Part shown: positions 7,726 through 17,015 of the stretch, piece after piece | Layout: each line of letters begins with the position of its first letter | Position numbering within the stretch: the first letter of the stretch is position 1 | Assembly (NCBI GenBank): GCA_041694815.1 | Contig: JBGFSC010000052.1 | Span: forward strand, 1-29,575 | DNA from: Elusimicrobiota bacterium | GTDB taxonomy: Bacteria > Elusimicrobiota > Elusimicrobia > UBA1565 > JACRDR01 | Reading direction: 5' to 3' | Length of the DNA: 29,575 nt | Position numbers and translations under genes: made by a program | The notes under the pieces: model-generated | The model's input: only the letters and a program-made list of their open reading frames with translations | Database searches by the model: none | Told to the model about the DNA's origin: nothing

Positions 7726-10700
7726 ATGGTGAAGACGCGAGGGCTGCTTGCTCCGCTGCTTTGCGCGATCCTCGCCCTCCCCCCCGCCTCGCACTCGATT
7801 GAATCGAACAGCACGAGCTACAAAAACGCCCGTTCGGTGCAGGACGTTTCCGGCGGACGCAAGGCCTCCGCCTCTTTTTCAATCATCTCGGCCACCGGCG
7901 AGAGCGGGGTGGCGACCGCCCATGCCAGCCCCAACTTCAGCCTGCGCGCCGGGCATATGACCATCGACCTCTACCCCGGCATGATCAACGGTTTCGTGGC
8001 CACGCCGGGCGCGGCCCCCGGGACGATCAACCTGCAATGGATCGCTCCCGGCAACGACGCCTACGCCGACAACACCACCAGCAAGGAGTACGTGATCAAG
8101 ATGAGTTCGGTGGCCGCCAATTCGCCCGCCCTGTCCTGGGGCAAATTCATCGGCGCCGCTAGCGTGACTCCAGCGCCCCCGGCGCCGGCGGTCGAGGGCA
8201 CCTTGCAATCGATGACCGTGACCGGGCTCCAGGAGGGCATCGTCTATTACTTCGCCATCGCGGCCCAGGAATCCGACAGCCTCTTCGGCCCCCTCTCGGC
8301 CCAGGCCAGCGCCCAGGCCACCGGCACCAATGGCTGCGCCGTGGTGCGCAATGTCTGCCAGTCCGGCTGCCCGTATAACACGATCCAGGCCGGCGTCAAC
8401 GCCATCCCGAATCCCCTCATCGGTTACTCCTGCGTCATCGTGCGGGACTCGGCGGCCTACAACGAGAAGGTCGTGATCCAGAACTTCGTCAACAACGGCT
8501 CCAGCCTCACCGTGATGTTGGACCCGGCGTTGAGCGCGCACCCGGCGCTAGTCCCCCCGCCCGGCTCCGAGGCCGGTTTCGCCGTGGCGAACACGAACGT
8601 CAACATCCTCAACATCGATGTCCGGCCGAACGCCGCGCTCGGCTATGGAATCAAGGCCTCCTCCTCCAGCGTGATGATTTCGGGTGTCGTCATCGAAGGC
8701 GGGACTCATGTATCGGCGGCGGCCGTGGCCTTGTCCAGCGCGAGCCTGATCTCGGCCTCCAGCTTCACCGCGCTTTCGGCGCGCGGCGTCGATTTAAGCG
8801 GCGCGCAGAACAGCTCGCTGCGCGGGTCCTTCGTCCAGTCCCCCGCGGCCGTCTATGCCTGGGGCGGCTTGAACCTGTCGATTTCCTCCAACACCATCGC
8901 GCCGCTCATCAGCGGCACCCAGAACAGCTACGGGTTGTTCTTGGCGCATAACTCCGGCTCCGCGCTGCAACACAACAGCGTCTATTTCCGCTCTCCGGCC
9001 TCGGCGGGGGCCAATACGGCGTACGCGCTCTACGTGCAAAACGGCAGCGGCATCTTGATCGACCATAATCGGTTCAGCAACCCGGCGGTCGTGACCGGCG
9101 GCCATTATACCGGCGTCCGCATGGAGGCGAGCGCCGGATCGCAATTTAAGTTCAACGACGTCTACGGCGCCGGGACGGCTTTAGGCCGCGCCGTTCTGCT
9201 TGAGCTCGCCGGCGGCTCGAGCGCTTCCCAGATCAAAAACAATATCTTCGTGAGCTCCTTCGTCGTTTCCGTCGCGTCGGCGAGCTTGTCCGTCTCCGCG
9301 GATAGCCTCTCGGGAACGATCTCGGATTACAACAATATTTTCGCCGCCAACGGCGCGCATACCGAGATCTGGGGTTCGCAGAGCTGCACCTTTCCCGCCG
9401 GGCTCCAGGTGGTCACCTGCGCGGGCCAGGATTCCAACACCTTCGCCTTCGACCCGCTCTGGCATCGCATAGCTGCCGGCGCCGAGGATTTCCACCCCCA
9501 TTCCTCCGCCGGCCGTTACGATGCCGGTCTGGGGATCTTCGTCGCGGACGCCGACACGTCGTATACGATCGACGTCGCCGACCCCAGCGAATCCTTCGCG
9601 AAGGAGCCGTCCCCCAACGGCTCCCAGGCCAATCTGGGCTCCTACGGAAACACGGCCGAGGCCTCCAAGAGCACCCTGTATAAGATCGTGCGCCAGCCGC
9701 CCTATCGGCCTTTCGGCATCGACCTCGCCTCCGTGCTCGTGGGCACGGCGACGATCTCCTGGATGCCCGTGCGCTCCTTCCAAAACGGCTCCTCGTTCTT
9801 GAGCTCCGCGACCGCCAACGGCCTGGAGTTGACCGCTTATCGCGTCTATCGGGCGACGACGATGTTCAACGCCTCCTGGACGCTCATGGCGGTGCTCTCG
9901 ACAACGACATTCAGCTGGACGGATCTCGCCTCGGCGTCCTCGTACTACTATTGCCTGCAATCGGAGAACCCCTTCGGTCGCTCGAAGTATTCGATGATAC
10001 GCGCCCAGTCGGATAAGGCGGCGTATGTGCTCGCTCCGGACGGCTGGAGCCATCTGCATATCCCCGCGGGAGTGGCGGCGGTGCTTAAGGGCGACGGCGT
10101 CGACTCCACTACCGCCTACGATGTCGACGCCTCCACGCAGCCAGGCGACGCGGTCAAGAAGATCGTCAAGTCGGTCGATTTCCGCGCCATCAAGGGCGGC
10201 ATGCAGCCGACCCAACTTAAGCTTTCGGGGCTCGCGAGCCTCAACCTCCGCTATGACGTGCAGTCCGGCGGCGTGATCCCCGCCGCGGCACCGGTGACGA
10301 CGCCGGACCAGATGAGCGTCTACTGGAACAACTCCAACCGCTGGATGCAGCTCTACGGCAAGGTGGACACGAGCCGGCAGACCATGACGCTCAATACCGT
10401 CTATCTCGGCTCCTACCAGTTGCGGGCCGTCGAGCGCGTGCAGGCCTTCAGCTTCGATACGGCTGGCATCTCGAACCGCCTGATCACCCCCAACGGAGAC
10501 GGCAAGAACGATGCCGTCGTCTTCACCTTTGACAACCCGCGCGATTCCTCGGTGACCGGCAAGATACTCGACTTAAAGGGCGCGCGCGTGGCGGACATGA
10601 GCGCGGGCCCGGTGAGCAACAGCTTGATGTGGGACGGGCGTTCGCAGGGCAACGTCGTCGCTTCCGGCGTCTATATTTACCAGCTCGAGGCGGAGGGCAA

Positions 10701-10734
10701 GATTCTTAACGGCACGGTGGCGGTGATCAAATGA
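7726..10734 (+). CDS. Secreted multidomain protein: small N-terminal Gly/Ser motif, FN3-like domain, parallel beta-helix, C-terminal gliding-motility/T9SS type-B-like sorting domain
   Basis: ATG 7726 gives signal peptide MVKTRGLLAPLLCAILALPPASHS. FN3-like INLQWIAPG...VTGLQEGIVYYFAI. Beta-helix lead-in YNTIQAGVNA and closing motif DFHPHS...IDVADP...EPSPNG..ANLGSYG. C-terminus ITPNGDGKND...WDGR...SGVYIYQL...GTVAVIK. Confidence 0.88.
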   Translation: MVKTRGLLAPLLCAILALPPASHSIESNSTSYKNARSVQDVSGGRKASASFSIISATGESGVATAHASPNFSLRAGHMTIDLYPGMINGFVATPGAAPGTINLQWIAPGNDAYADNTTSKEYVIKMSSVAANSPALSWGKFIGAASVTPAPPAPAVEGTLQSMTVTGLQEGIVYYFAIAAQESDSLFGPLSAQASAQATGTNGCAVVRNVCQSGCPYNTIQAGVNAIPNPLIGYSCVIVRDSAAYNEKVVIQNFVNNGSSLTVMLDPALSAHPALVPPPGSEAGFAVANTNVNILNIDVRPNAALGYGIKASSSSVMISGVVIEGGTHVSAAAVALSSASLISASSFTALSARGVDLSGAQNSSLRGSFVQSPAAVYAWGGLNLSISSNTIAPLISGTQNSYGLFLAHNSGSALQHNSVYFRSPASAGANTAYALYVQNGSGILIDHNRFSNPAVVTGGHYTGVRMEASAGSQFKFNDVYGAGTALGRAVLLELAGGSSASQIKNNIFVSSFVVSVASASLSVSADSLSGTISDYNNIFAANGAHTEIWGSQSCTFPAGLQVVTCAGQDSNTFAFDPLWHRIAAGAEDFHPHSSAGRYDAGLGIFVADADTSYTIDVADPSESFAKEPSPNGSQANLGSYGNTAEASKSTLYKIVRQPPYRPFGIDLASVLVGTATISWMPVRSFQNGSSFLSSATANGLELTAYRVYRATTMFNASWTLMAVLSTTTFSWTDLASASSYYYCLQSENPFGRSKYSMIRAQSDKAAYVLAPDGWSHLHIPAGVAAVLKGDGVDSTTAYDVDASTQPGDAVKKIVKSVDFRAIKGGMQPTQLKLSGLASLNLRYDVQSGGVIPAAAPVTTPDQMSVYWNNSNRWMQLYGKVDTSRQTMTLNTVYLGSYQLRAVERVQAFSFDTAGISNRLITPNGDGKNDAVVFTFDNPRDSSVTGKILDLKGARVADMSAGPVSNSLMWDGRSQGNVVASGVYIYQLEAEGKILNGTVAVIK

Positions 10735-12683
10735 AGCGCCTGCTCTGGATCGCCGTCCTGCTCGGTTCCGTCGGAGCGCTCGAGGCCGCCTTCGAGGATC
10801 AGGGCGCCGGCGCGCGGGCTCCCGGGATGGGCAACGCCTTCACGGCGGTGGCCGACGATGCCTACGCCATCTACTACAACCCGGCGGGCTTAACGCAGCT
10901 CGACCGCCCCCAACTCTCCATCGCCTACTCTAAGTTGTTCCTGGGCCTCTCCGACAACTCGGATATCAGCCTCTCGCAACTCACCTGGGCCTCTCCCCTC
11001 AACAACGGCAAATGGGGCTCCATGGGGTCGGCCTACCAGCGCTTCAACGTGGGCGGGCTCTACAACGAGCAGGTGATTTACCTTTCCTACGGCCGGGCCG
11101 TTTGGCAGCGCCCCGAGCAGAAGCTGTCCTTGGGCCTCAACGCGAAATATCTCAACCATGCATTCACGCAGTTATCGGAGGCGTTTAACGCCTGCGACGG
11201 GCTCAATTGCGGGCAGGGCCCGGACCCCGTGCTCTCGGGGGCCAACAGCAAGGGTGCCATCGACGCCGATATAGGCCTAATGTACCAGAGGGGCCGCTAC
11301 ATCATCGCCGGCTCGGTGCTGCACGTGCTGCGGCCCAACGTGGCCTTCGGTTCGCAGCAGGACCGGCTGCCCATGAATTACCGCCTCGCGGTGGGCTACC
11401 GCGCCCTGTGGATGAACATCACCTCCGAATTGCGGATGGACCGTTCCCCTTCCGGCTCGATGGACAAGGATATACTCCTGGCCGGCGAGCGCTTCTTCCC
11501 CACCCTGGAGTACGGGCAATTCGGCCTGCGGGGCGGACTGGGCTTCGGCACGCGCGAGTACCGCCAGCTCTCCTTGGGAGGCTCGTATCGGATCAACAAG
11601 ATACAGTTCGACTACGCCTTCCTGATGCCCCTCGGGATGTTCAACGCCACCGCCGGAACGCATCGCATGGCGCTGGGCTTCCTTTTCGGCGGGCGCACCC
11701 CGGAGGAGGAGCTCTCGGCCAATCTCTTGGAGCAGATGAAGAGGGTGCGTGAGGCCGGCAAGGGCATCGACGTCTATGAGCTCGAGAAGCAGGTGCGCCC
11801 TCGCGACTTAGACGAGCCAGATCTCGAGCCCGTGCGCAAGGAGATCGAGGCGGGCTTCTACCGCAAGGCGCAGCTGCTGCTGCAGGATATGGTGCGCACG
11901 CGGCCGGACGATCGGGGGCTGGCGAGACTTTTGACGCGCATCAACACCGTCGTTTCCTTCTACCATGAGTACCCCGATCCCCAGGAGGTCTGGGAGAAGG
12001 CGCTGGCCAAGGGCGTTTTGTCCTTCATGCAGGGCCGCGACAGCCGCGCGATGCTGCAGACCTCCTACGCGTTCAGCCTGAGGCCCAGCGACATGAAGCT
12101 CGACCGCTATCTCGCCAAACTCGAGGAGGCCACCCAGGTTCGCGCCCTTAGGCTGCAGTCGGATTCCTCGCGCAACATGATCGAGGAGCTCTTCTACCGC
12201 TCCGAGACGGCCTTCAACCGCAGGGACTACGCGCGCGTGCTCGACCTGACCAACGACATCCTGGCGCTGGAGCCCGATAACGCGACGGCCTTGGAGCGCA
12301 GCGGCTCCATTTACTACCTGCTCAAGCAATACGACAAGGCGCTCTCCGCCTGGAAGCAGGCCTTGGCGGTGGAGCAGAATCCGGTCGAGATCGCCTCGCT
12401 GCAGAACCATATCGTCGAGGTGGAAAAGAAGATGCAAGCCGCGGCCTCCCTGCCGGGCGGCATACCGCAGCCGCAGGCCGCGGCGGCGGAGCCGGCCCTG
12501 CCGCGCCCAGACGCCCGCGTCATCGAGGGGCTCTATCAGAAGGGCGTGGAGCATTTCGCCCGGGGAGAGCATTTACAAGCCGCCTCCGCATTTATGAAAA
12601 TCCTCCAAATGGACCCCGGCAACAGCCAGGCCAAGAAGGCGCTCGAGAGAATCAAGCTGAATTTCCCGGTGAGCAACCCGTGA
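10731..12683 (+). CDS. PorV/PorP-like (FadL-superfamily) outer-membrane beta-barrel fused to C-terminal TPR repeats
   Basis: Signal peptide, then AFEDQGAGARAPGMGNAFTAVADDAYAIYYNPAGL (PorV/FadL-type plug motif). Amphipathic strands end at FDYAF...HRMALGFLF. TPR-like helices (LALEPDNATALERSGSIYY; ILQMDPGNSQAKKAL). ATGA overlap with the upstream gene. Confidence 0.85.
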   Translation: MKRLLWIAVLLGSVGALEAAFEDQGAGARAPGMGNAFTAVADDAYAIYYNPAGLTQLDRPQLSIAYSKLFLGLSDNSDISLSQLTWASPLNNGKWGSMGSAYQRFNVGGLYNEQVIYLSYGRAVWQRPEQKLSLGLNAKYLNHAFTQLSEAFNACDGLNCGQGPDPVLSGANSKGAIDADIGLMYQRGRYIIAGSVLHVLRPNVAFGSQQDRLPMNYRLAVGYRALWMNITSELRMDRSPSGSMDKDILLAGERFFPTLEYGQFGLRGGLGFGTREYRQLSLGGSYRINKIQFDYAFLMPLGMFNATAGTHRMALGFLFGGRTPEEELSANLLEQMKRVREAGKGIDVYELEKQVRPRDLDEPDLEPVRKEIEAGFYRKAQLLLQDMVRTRPDDRGLARLLTRINTVVSFYHEYPDPQEVWEKALAKGVLSFMQGRDSRAMLQTSYAFSLRPSDMKLDRYLAKLEEATQVRALRLQSDSSRNMIEELFYRSETAFNRRDYARVLDLTNDILALEPDNATALERSGSIYYLLKQYDKALSAWKQALAVEQNPVEIASLQNHIVEVEKKMQAAASLPGGIPQPQAAAAEPALPRPDARVIEGLYQKGVEHFARGEHLQAASAFMKILQMDPGNSQAKKALERIKLNFPVSNP

Positions 12684-13990
12684 GCATCCGCGTAAAGTTG
12701 ACGCTGGTGCTGACCCTCTGCGTCACCGTCACTACCGCGTTGAGCAGCCTCTGGTTCCTCCAATTGCAAAAGCGGAATATCCGGGCCATGGAAGGGGAGA
12801 AGACCCGGATGCTCGCGGAAAACGCCGTGCGCATGGGATCGGAATCGCTGTTGGCCAAGGACTCCCTGATGCTGCTCGACTATTTGAGCTTCCTCAAGCG
12901 GGTTTATCCGGAGGTCCAGCACGCCCGCGTGCACGCCAACGGCAAATGGATGGACGTGGGGCCGGCCCAGCAGGAAGACCCCGAACGCTACGAGTTGCTC
13001 GAGCGGAAGGTGGCCGAGCCGCTTAGCGTCCAGTTATGGCTTAAGAAGGCGATGCTGCAGAAGCGGCTCGAGGACGCGGAACGCGCGGCGCGCCGGCAGG
13101 TGCTGTTTTTCGCGGCCCTGCTTTCGGTCGCCGGCTTCTTTTTCGCCGTGCTCCTGGGAGGGTCGCTGACCCGCCGCATCACCGAGATCCAAAAGGCCAT
13201 GAAGACGGTGGGGGAGGGGCGCTGGACGGGAGAGATACGGCGGCTCGGCAACGACGAGATCGGCGCCCTGGCCCGCGGGTTCAACGAGATGCAGAAGAAG
13301 CTCATGGAGCTCGACGAGATGAAGAAAACATTCGTGGCCTCGGTGACTCATGAGCTGCGCTCCCCCCTTGGAGCCATCAGTACGCACGTGCGCCGCATCC
13401 TGTCGGGCCCGGCGGAGCTCTCTGGCGAGGTGCGCGGCAGCCTCGAGCGCATCCAGGAAAATACCTCCCGCCTCGACCTGTTCGTCAGCAATCTCCTGGA
13501 GATGTCCAAGATCGAAAAGGGAAAGCTTCAGTTCGACCCCGTGGCGGCCAACCCGGGCGAGGTGGCGGAGAACACCGCGATCTTCTACAAGCCGCGCGCC
13601 TCCGAGCTCGGTCTGCAGCTGCAATGGGAAATCGGCAAGGACCTGCCGATTTTGAGGATGGACCCCAATCTTATCGGCCAGGTCCTGGCGAACCTGATCT
13701 CGAACGCGTTGAAGTTCACGCGGCCGCCGGGGCAGGTCCGCCTGTCCGTGCAACAGCGCAAGGACCAGGTGGTTTTTTCCGTGCAGGATTCCGGGATCGG
13801 CCTATCCGCCGAGGACCTCAAACGCCTTTTCGTCCCGTTCGAGCGCATCGCCAACCCCGTCAAGGCCTCCGGCACCGGCCTGGGACTGGCCATCTCGAAG
13901 GCCATTATTGACATGCATCACGGCGAAATCGGCGCCGAATCGGCGCTCGGCAAAGGCAGCCGATTCTACTTCTCGCTGCCGGTGCGGTAA
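12680..13990 (+). CDS. HAMP-domain sensor histidine kinase
   Basis: Two TM segments, HAMP (DEIGALARGFNEM), THELRSP, NLISNALKF, DSGIG, GTGLGL. GTGA overlap with the barrel-TPR gene. Confidence 0.95.
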   Translation: MSIRVKLTLVLTLCVTVTTALSSLWFLQLQKRNIRAMEGEKTRMLAENAVRMGSESLLAKDSLMLLDYLSFLKRVYPEVQHARVHANGKWMDVGPAQQEDPERYELLERKVAEPLSVQLWLKKAMLQKRLEDAERAARRQVLFFAALLSVAGFFFAVLLGGSLTRRITEIQKAMKTVGEGRWTGEIRRLGNDEIGALARGFNEMQKKLMELDEMKKTFVASVTHELRSPLGAISTHVRRILSGPAELSGEVRGSLERIQENTSRLDLFVSNLLEMSKIEKGKLQFDPVAANPGEVAENTAIFYKPRASELGLQLQWEIGKDLPILRMDPNLIGQVLANLISNALKFTRPPGQVRLSVQQRKDQVVFSVQDSGIGLSAEDLKRLFVPFERIANPVKASGTGLGLAISKAIIDMHHGEIGAESALGKGSRFYFSLPVR

Positions 13991-14037
13991 TAGCCGCTCT
14001 AAGATCGACGTGTTCGGCCATATAATTAGGAAGGGGG

Positions 14038-14439
14038 CTATTCCTTCGGAACCGCTTCCAGCAGTTTGGTGACCTTCGCCTTCAAACGCACGATGTCCAC
14101 GGGCTTGGTGATGTAATCAGTCGCGCCCGCCGCCAGGCTCTTTTCGACGTCTCCGAGCTTGTCCATGCTGGTGCACATGAGTATCTGCAGGTTCTTGTTC
14201 TTAGGATTGGCCCGCATCGCCCGGGCGGCGTCGATTCCAGACATTTGGGGCATGTTGACGTCCATGATCACCAGGTCGAAATTCTGTTTATTGGCCATAT
14301 CGGCGGCCATCTGACCGTTGTCGGCCTCCAGGAGCTCATGGTCTTCGGAAGCGACGACCTCGCGGACGAGCATCCGATTCGGCATTTCATCGTCGACGAT
14401 CAGTATCCGCTTTTTCTTTTTCTTTTCGCCAAAGAACAT
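14038..14439 (-). CDS. Single-domain response regulator (REC)
   Basis: ILIVDD, IMDVNMPQMSG, MCT, ITKP. ATG 14439 has a GGGAG SD-like sequence upstream; the track start 14457 lies too close to the predicted -10. Confidence 0.92.
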   Translation of the reverse strand: MFFGEKKKKKRILIVDDEMPNRMLVREVVASEDHELLEADNGQMAADMANKQNFDLVIMDVNMPQMSGIDAARAMRANPKNKNLQILMCTSMDKLGDVEKSLAAGATDYITKPVDIVRLKAKVTKLLEAVPKE

Positions 14440-14460
14440 GACGCTCCCGCGGGCCATCGA

Positions 14461-14489
14461 ATTTTGGCCCTTTTGCCATTTCCTGTCAA
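14461..14489 (-). promoter_or_regulatory. sigma70-type promoter for the 14439 response regulator
   Basis: Minus strand TTGACA (14489-14484), 17 nt, CAAAAT (14466-14461). Confidence 0.6.
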
Positions 14490-14505
14490 GGGCACTCTTT
14501 AATTT

Positions 14506-14546
14506 CTCGCGCGAATCTCGAACTTCGTCGCGCGAAGCGCGACGAA
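14506..14546. repeat. GAA-loop hairpin repeat, copy 1
   Basis: ttcgtcgcgc-GAA-gcgcgacgaa (14524-14546), preceded by ctcgcgcgaatctcgaac. A second copy lies at 24963-25004. Confidence 0.8.
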
Positions 14547-14605
14547 ACCCGGCGCCGACACCATGATCGGCGCCAAGGCCGTTGTTAAGCCGGAGGGGAT
14601 GCCAC

Positions 14606-14634
14606 TTGCCGGCCGTTCATTTCGCGTTTATACT
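14606..14634 (+). promoter_or_regulatory. sigma70-type promoter for hybrid kinase 1
   Basis: TTGCCG (14606-14611), 17 nt, TATACT (14629-14634). Supports the ATG at 14653. Confidence 0.65.
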
Positions 14635-14652
14635 AGGGTCGATTCAAAGGGC

Positions 14653-15771
14653 ATGACCGAAATTTTGCTGATAGAAGACGAGTCCGTATTCCGCCTCCTC
14701 TGCGTCGATGCGCTTAAGGCCGAGGGATTTGTCGTCCACGAATGCTCAACCATCGCCGAAGCCCGCGCGCAGCTGGAACGCAGTAGGCCGGACCTCGTGC
14801 TCTTCGACATATCCCTCCCGGACGGCAACGCCGTTGACCTGGTCCGCTGCATCCAAGGATCGAATCCAATGCAGATTCCCTTCATCTTTTTTACCGGCAG
14901 CCAAGATGACGTGAAAATGCGGCTCGAATGTTTTCGGCTCGGGGCCTCCGACTACATTAAAAAACCCTTCGCCGTCGAGGAGCTCATCGCTCGGATTCGC
15001 ATTCATTTGGAGATCCAGCGCACCAAGGGCCAGCCCACCGAGATCGAGGGACGGCTCCGGCGGCGCGAAGCGATGCATCGGAACATGACCGACCGCATTG
15101 TTCATGATTTAAGGGCGCCGATCGCCTCGATCAAGGGCATGCTGGAATTGATCAGTCGGCAGGAGTGTCTTAGCGAGGCGGAGTTCGAATATTTCAACCA
15201 TATCGGGTCCATGGCGGATTTCATGCTTTTAATGCTGACGGACCTCTTGGACATAGGCCGCGCGCAGAGCGTGGGTCTTCACGTGACGCCGACAAAGGTC
15301 GATCTCTCCCAATTGGAAGTTTCGGTGCGGAAGTTTTTTTTGGGCTCCGGGGCGATTCGCGGGATCAAGCTCGAGTTGAGCATAAGCACCGAATTCTGTT
15401 TCATCGAGACCGATCAAAACCTGCTCTTCCGGATATTGGCCAACCTCCTCTCGAACGCGATTAAGGTTTCGATGCCTGGCCAATCCGTCATACTGGAATC
15501 GGGGCGCGGCGAGGGCGGGCGGGTTCGTTTTTGTGTCTTGGACCGCGGGCCCGGCGTCCCCGAATCTGAGAAGGAACGGATTTTCGAGAAGTTTATTACC
15601 GCCCGTAAAACCGGAGACCGGTGGGAAAGCGGGACCGGAATCGGCCTCAGTTTTTGTCGACTGGCGGCCGAGTCGCTTCGTGGAAAAGTATGGGTGGAGG
15701 ATCGTCCCGGAGGCGGCAGTCGCTTTATTTTGGAATTCCCGGCTGCCATTCTCGATTCCCAACGCCTCTAG
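14653..15771 (+). CDS. Cytoplasmic hybrid REC-HisKA-HATPase kinase, paralog 1
   Basis: ILLIEDE, LFDISLPDG, YIKKPF, VHDLRAP, NLLSNAIK, DRGPG, GTGIGL. No TM segment. Confidence 0.93.
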   Translation: MTEILLIEDESVFRLLCVDALKAEGFVVHECSTIAEARAQLERSRPDLVLFDISLPDGNAVDLVRCIQGSNPMQIPFIFFTGSQDDVKMRLECFRLGASDYIKKPFAVEELIARIRIHLEIQRTKGQPTEIEGRLRRREAMHRNMTDRIVHDLRAPIASIKGMLELISRQECLSEAEFEYFNHIGSMADFMLLMLTDLLDIGRAQSVGLHVTPTKVDLSQLEVSVRKFFLGSGAIRGIKLELSISTEFCFIETDQNLLFRILANLLSNAIKVSMPGQSVILESGRGEGGRVRFCVLDRGPGVPESEKERIFEKFITARKTGDRWESGTGIGLSFCRLAAESLRGKVWVEDRPGGGSRFILEFPAAILDSQRL

Positions 15772-15819
15772 AAGCCTGTCCGATCATCGACCGGCGGACA
15801 ACATATCCAGCGTTGGTAC

Positions 15820-15848
15820 TTGTGAACTCGTAATTTTATCTTTATACT
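15820..15848 (+). promoter_or_regulatory. Possible sigma70 promoter for hybrid kinase 2
   Basis: TTGTGA (15820-15825), 17 nt, TATACT (15843-15848) in an AT-rich gap. Confidence 0.55.
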
Positions 15849-15875
15849 GGTGCCATTACGGCCCATAGCGACGCG

Positions 15876-17006
15876 TTGGACATACTGCTCATCGAGGACG
15901 ACGCGCCCTTCCGCCTGCTGTGCTCGGAGGCGCTGAAGGCGGAGGGCTTTTCCGTCCGCGAGTGCTCGAGCTTGGCCCAGGCCCGCGCGCAGCTCGAGCA
16001 GGAAAAGCCCGGCTTCGTTCTCCTGGACATTTCCCTGCCGGACGGTAATTCCCTCGAGCTCATCCGCCAGATGAAGGGCGCTAGCCCGATCGAGATTCCT
16101 TTGATCTTCTTCACCGGCAAGGACGATCAAGCCACCCGGCTGGAATGCTTCCGGCTCGGGGCCTCGGATTACATGAAAAAGCCCTTCGTGATGGAGGAGC
16201 TCATCGCCCGCATCCGCGTCCATCTGGAAATCAAGCGTTCCCGCGAGCACGCCATCAAGCTCGGAGACGAAATGAAGGAGGCCATGAAGCGCCGGGAAAA
16301 GATGCATCAGAATATGGCCGAGCTCGTCGTTCACGATCTCAAGGCGCCGATCGCCTCGATCAAGGGCATGCTGGACCTCATCGGCCGCCAGCAGCTCGTC
16401 GACGAAAAGGAATCCGAACGCTTCAATCAGATCGGCGGCATGGCCGATTTCATGCTGCTGATGCTCACCGACCTCTTGGATATCGGGCGCGCCCAGCGGG
16501 TGGGGTTGACGCTTAATCCCGTGAAGGTCGACCTGTCGCAAATGGCGTTCTCGTTGAGGAAATTTTTCGCCGGCCATTGCGAGGTTAACGGGATCAGGCT
16601 CGAATTCCGCTTGGCGGAGGGATTTAATTTCATCGAAACGGACCAGAACCTGCTTTTCCGCATCCTGGCGAACCTGCTCTCGAACGCCATCCGGGTTTCC
16701 AAGCCGGGGCAATCCGTCGAGGTGGAGTCGGCCGTCGGGCAAGGACAGCGGGTGCGATTTTCGGTCTTAGACCGCGGTCCCGGGGTCCCGGACGATCAAA
16801 AACAGAGGATATTCGAGAAATTCGTGACCACGAGCGTTCCGGCCAGCCGGGAGGAGGGAGGTACCGGCATCGGGCTCAGTTTCTGCCGCTTGGCGGCCGA
16901 GTCTTTGCGCGGAAAGGTATGGGTGGAGGATCGGCCGGGGGGCGGGAGCCGTTTTAGCTTGGAATTTCCAGCAGCAATACTTGACAGCGAAAAACTCGGC
17001 TGTTAA
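15876..17006 (+). CDS. Cytoplasmic hybrid REC-HisKA-HATPase kinase, paralog 2
   Basis: Same motif set (LLDISLPDG, VHDLKAP, NLLSNAIR, GTGIGL). TTG start. Confidence 0.93.
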   Translation: MDILLIEDDAPFRLLCSEALKAEGFSVRECSSLAQARAQLEQEKPGFVLLDISLPDGNSLELIRQMKGASPIEIPLIFFTGKDDQATRLECFRLGASDYMKKPFVMEELIARIRVHLEIKRSREHAIKLGDEMKEAMKRREKMHQNMAELVVHDLKAPIASIKGMLDLIGRQQLVDEKESERFNQIGGMADFMLLMLTDLLDIGRAQRVGLTLNPVKVDLSQMAFSLRKFFAGHCEVNGIRLEFRLAEGFNFIETDQNLLFRILANLLSNAIRVSKPGQSVEVESAVGQGQRVRFSVLDRGPGVPDDQKQRIFEKFVTTSVPASREEGGTGIGLSFCRLAAESLRGKVWVEDRPGGGSRFSLEFPAAILDSEKLGC

Positions 17007-17009
17007 ACT
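16981..17009 (+). promoter_or_regulatory. Internal sigma70 promoter for the RR-pilB-pilC-pilin operon
   Basis: TTGACA (16981-16986), 17 nt, TGtTAAACT (extended -10, hexamer 17004-17009). Predicted +1 falls at about 17016, the GTG start. Confidence 0.75.
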
Positions 17010-17015
17010 CCCTGC

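Noticed and set aside
14021..14037. TATAAT followed by AGGAAGGGGG on the plus strand, pointing into the minus-strand regulator
   Set aside because: There is no credible -35 or following start codon, so an antisense promoter cannot be supported from sequence alone.
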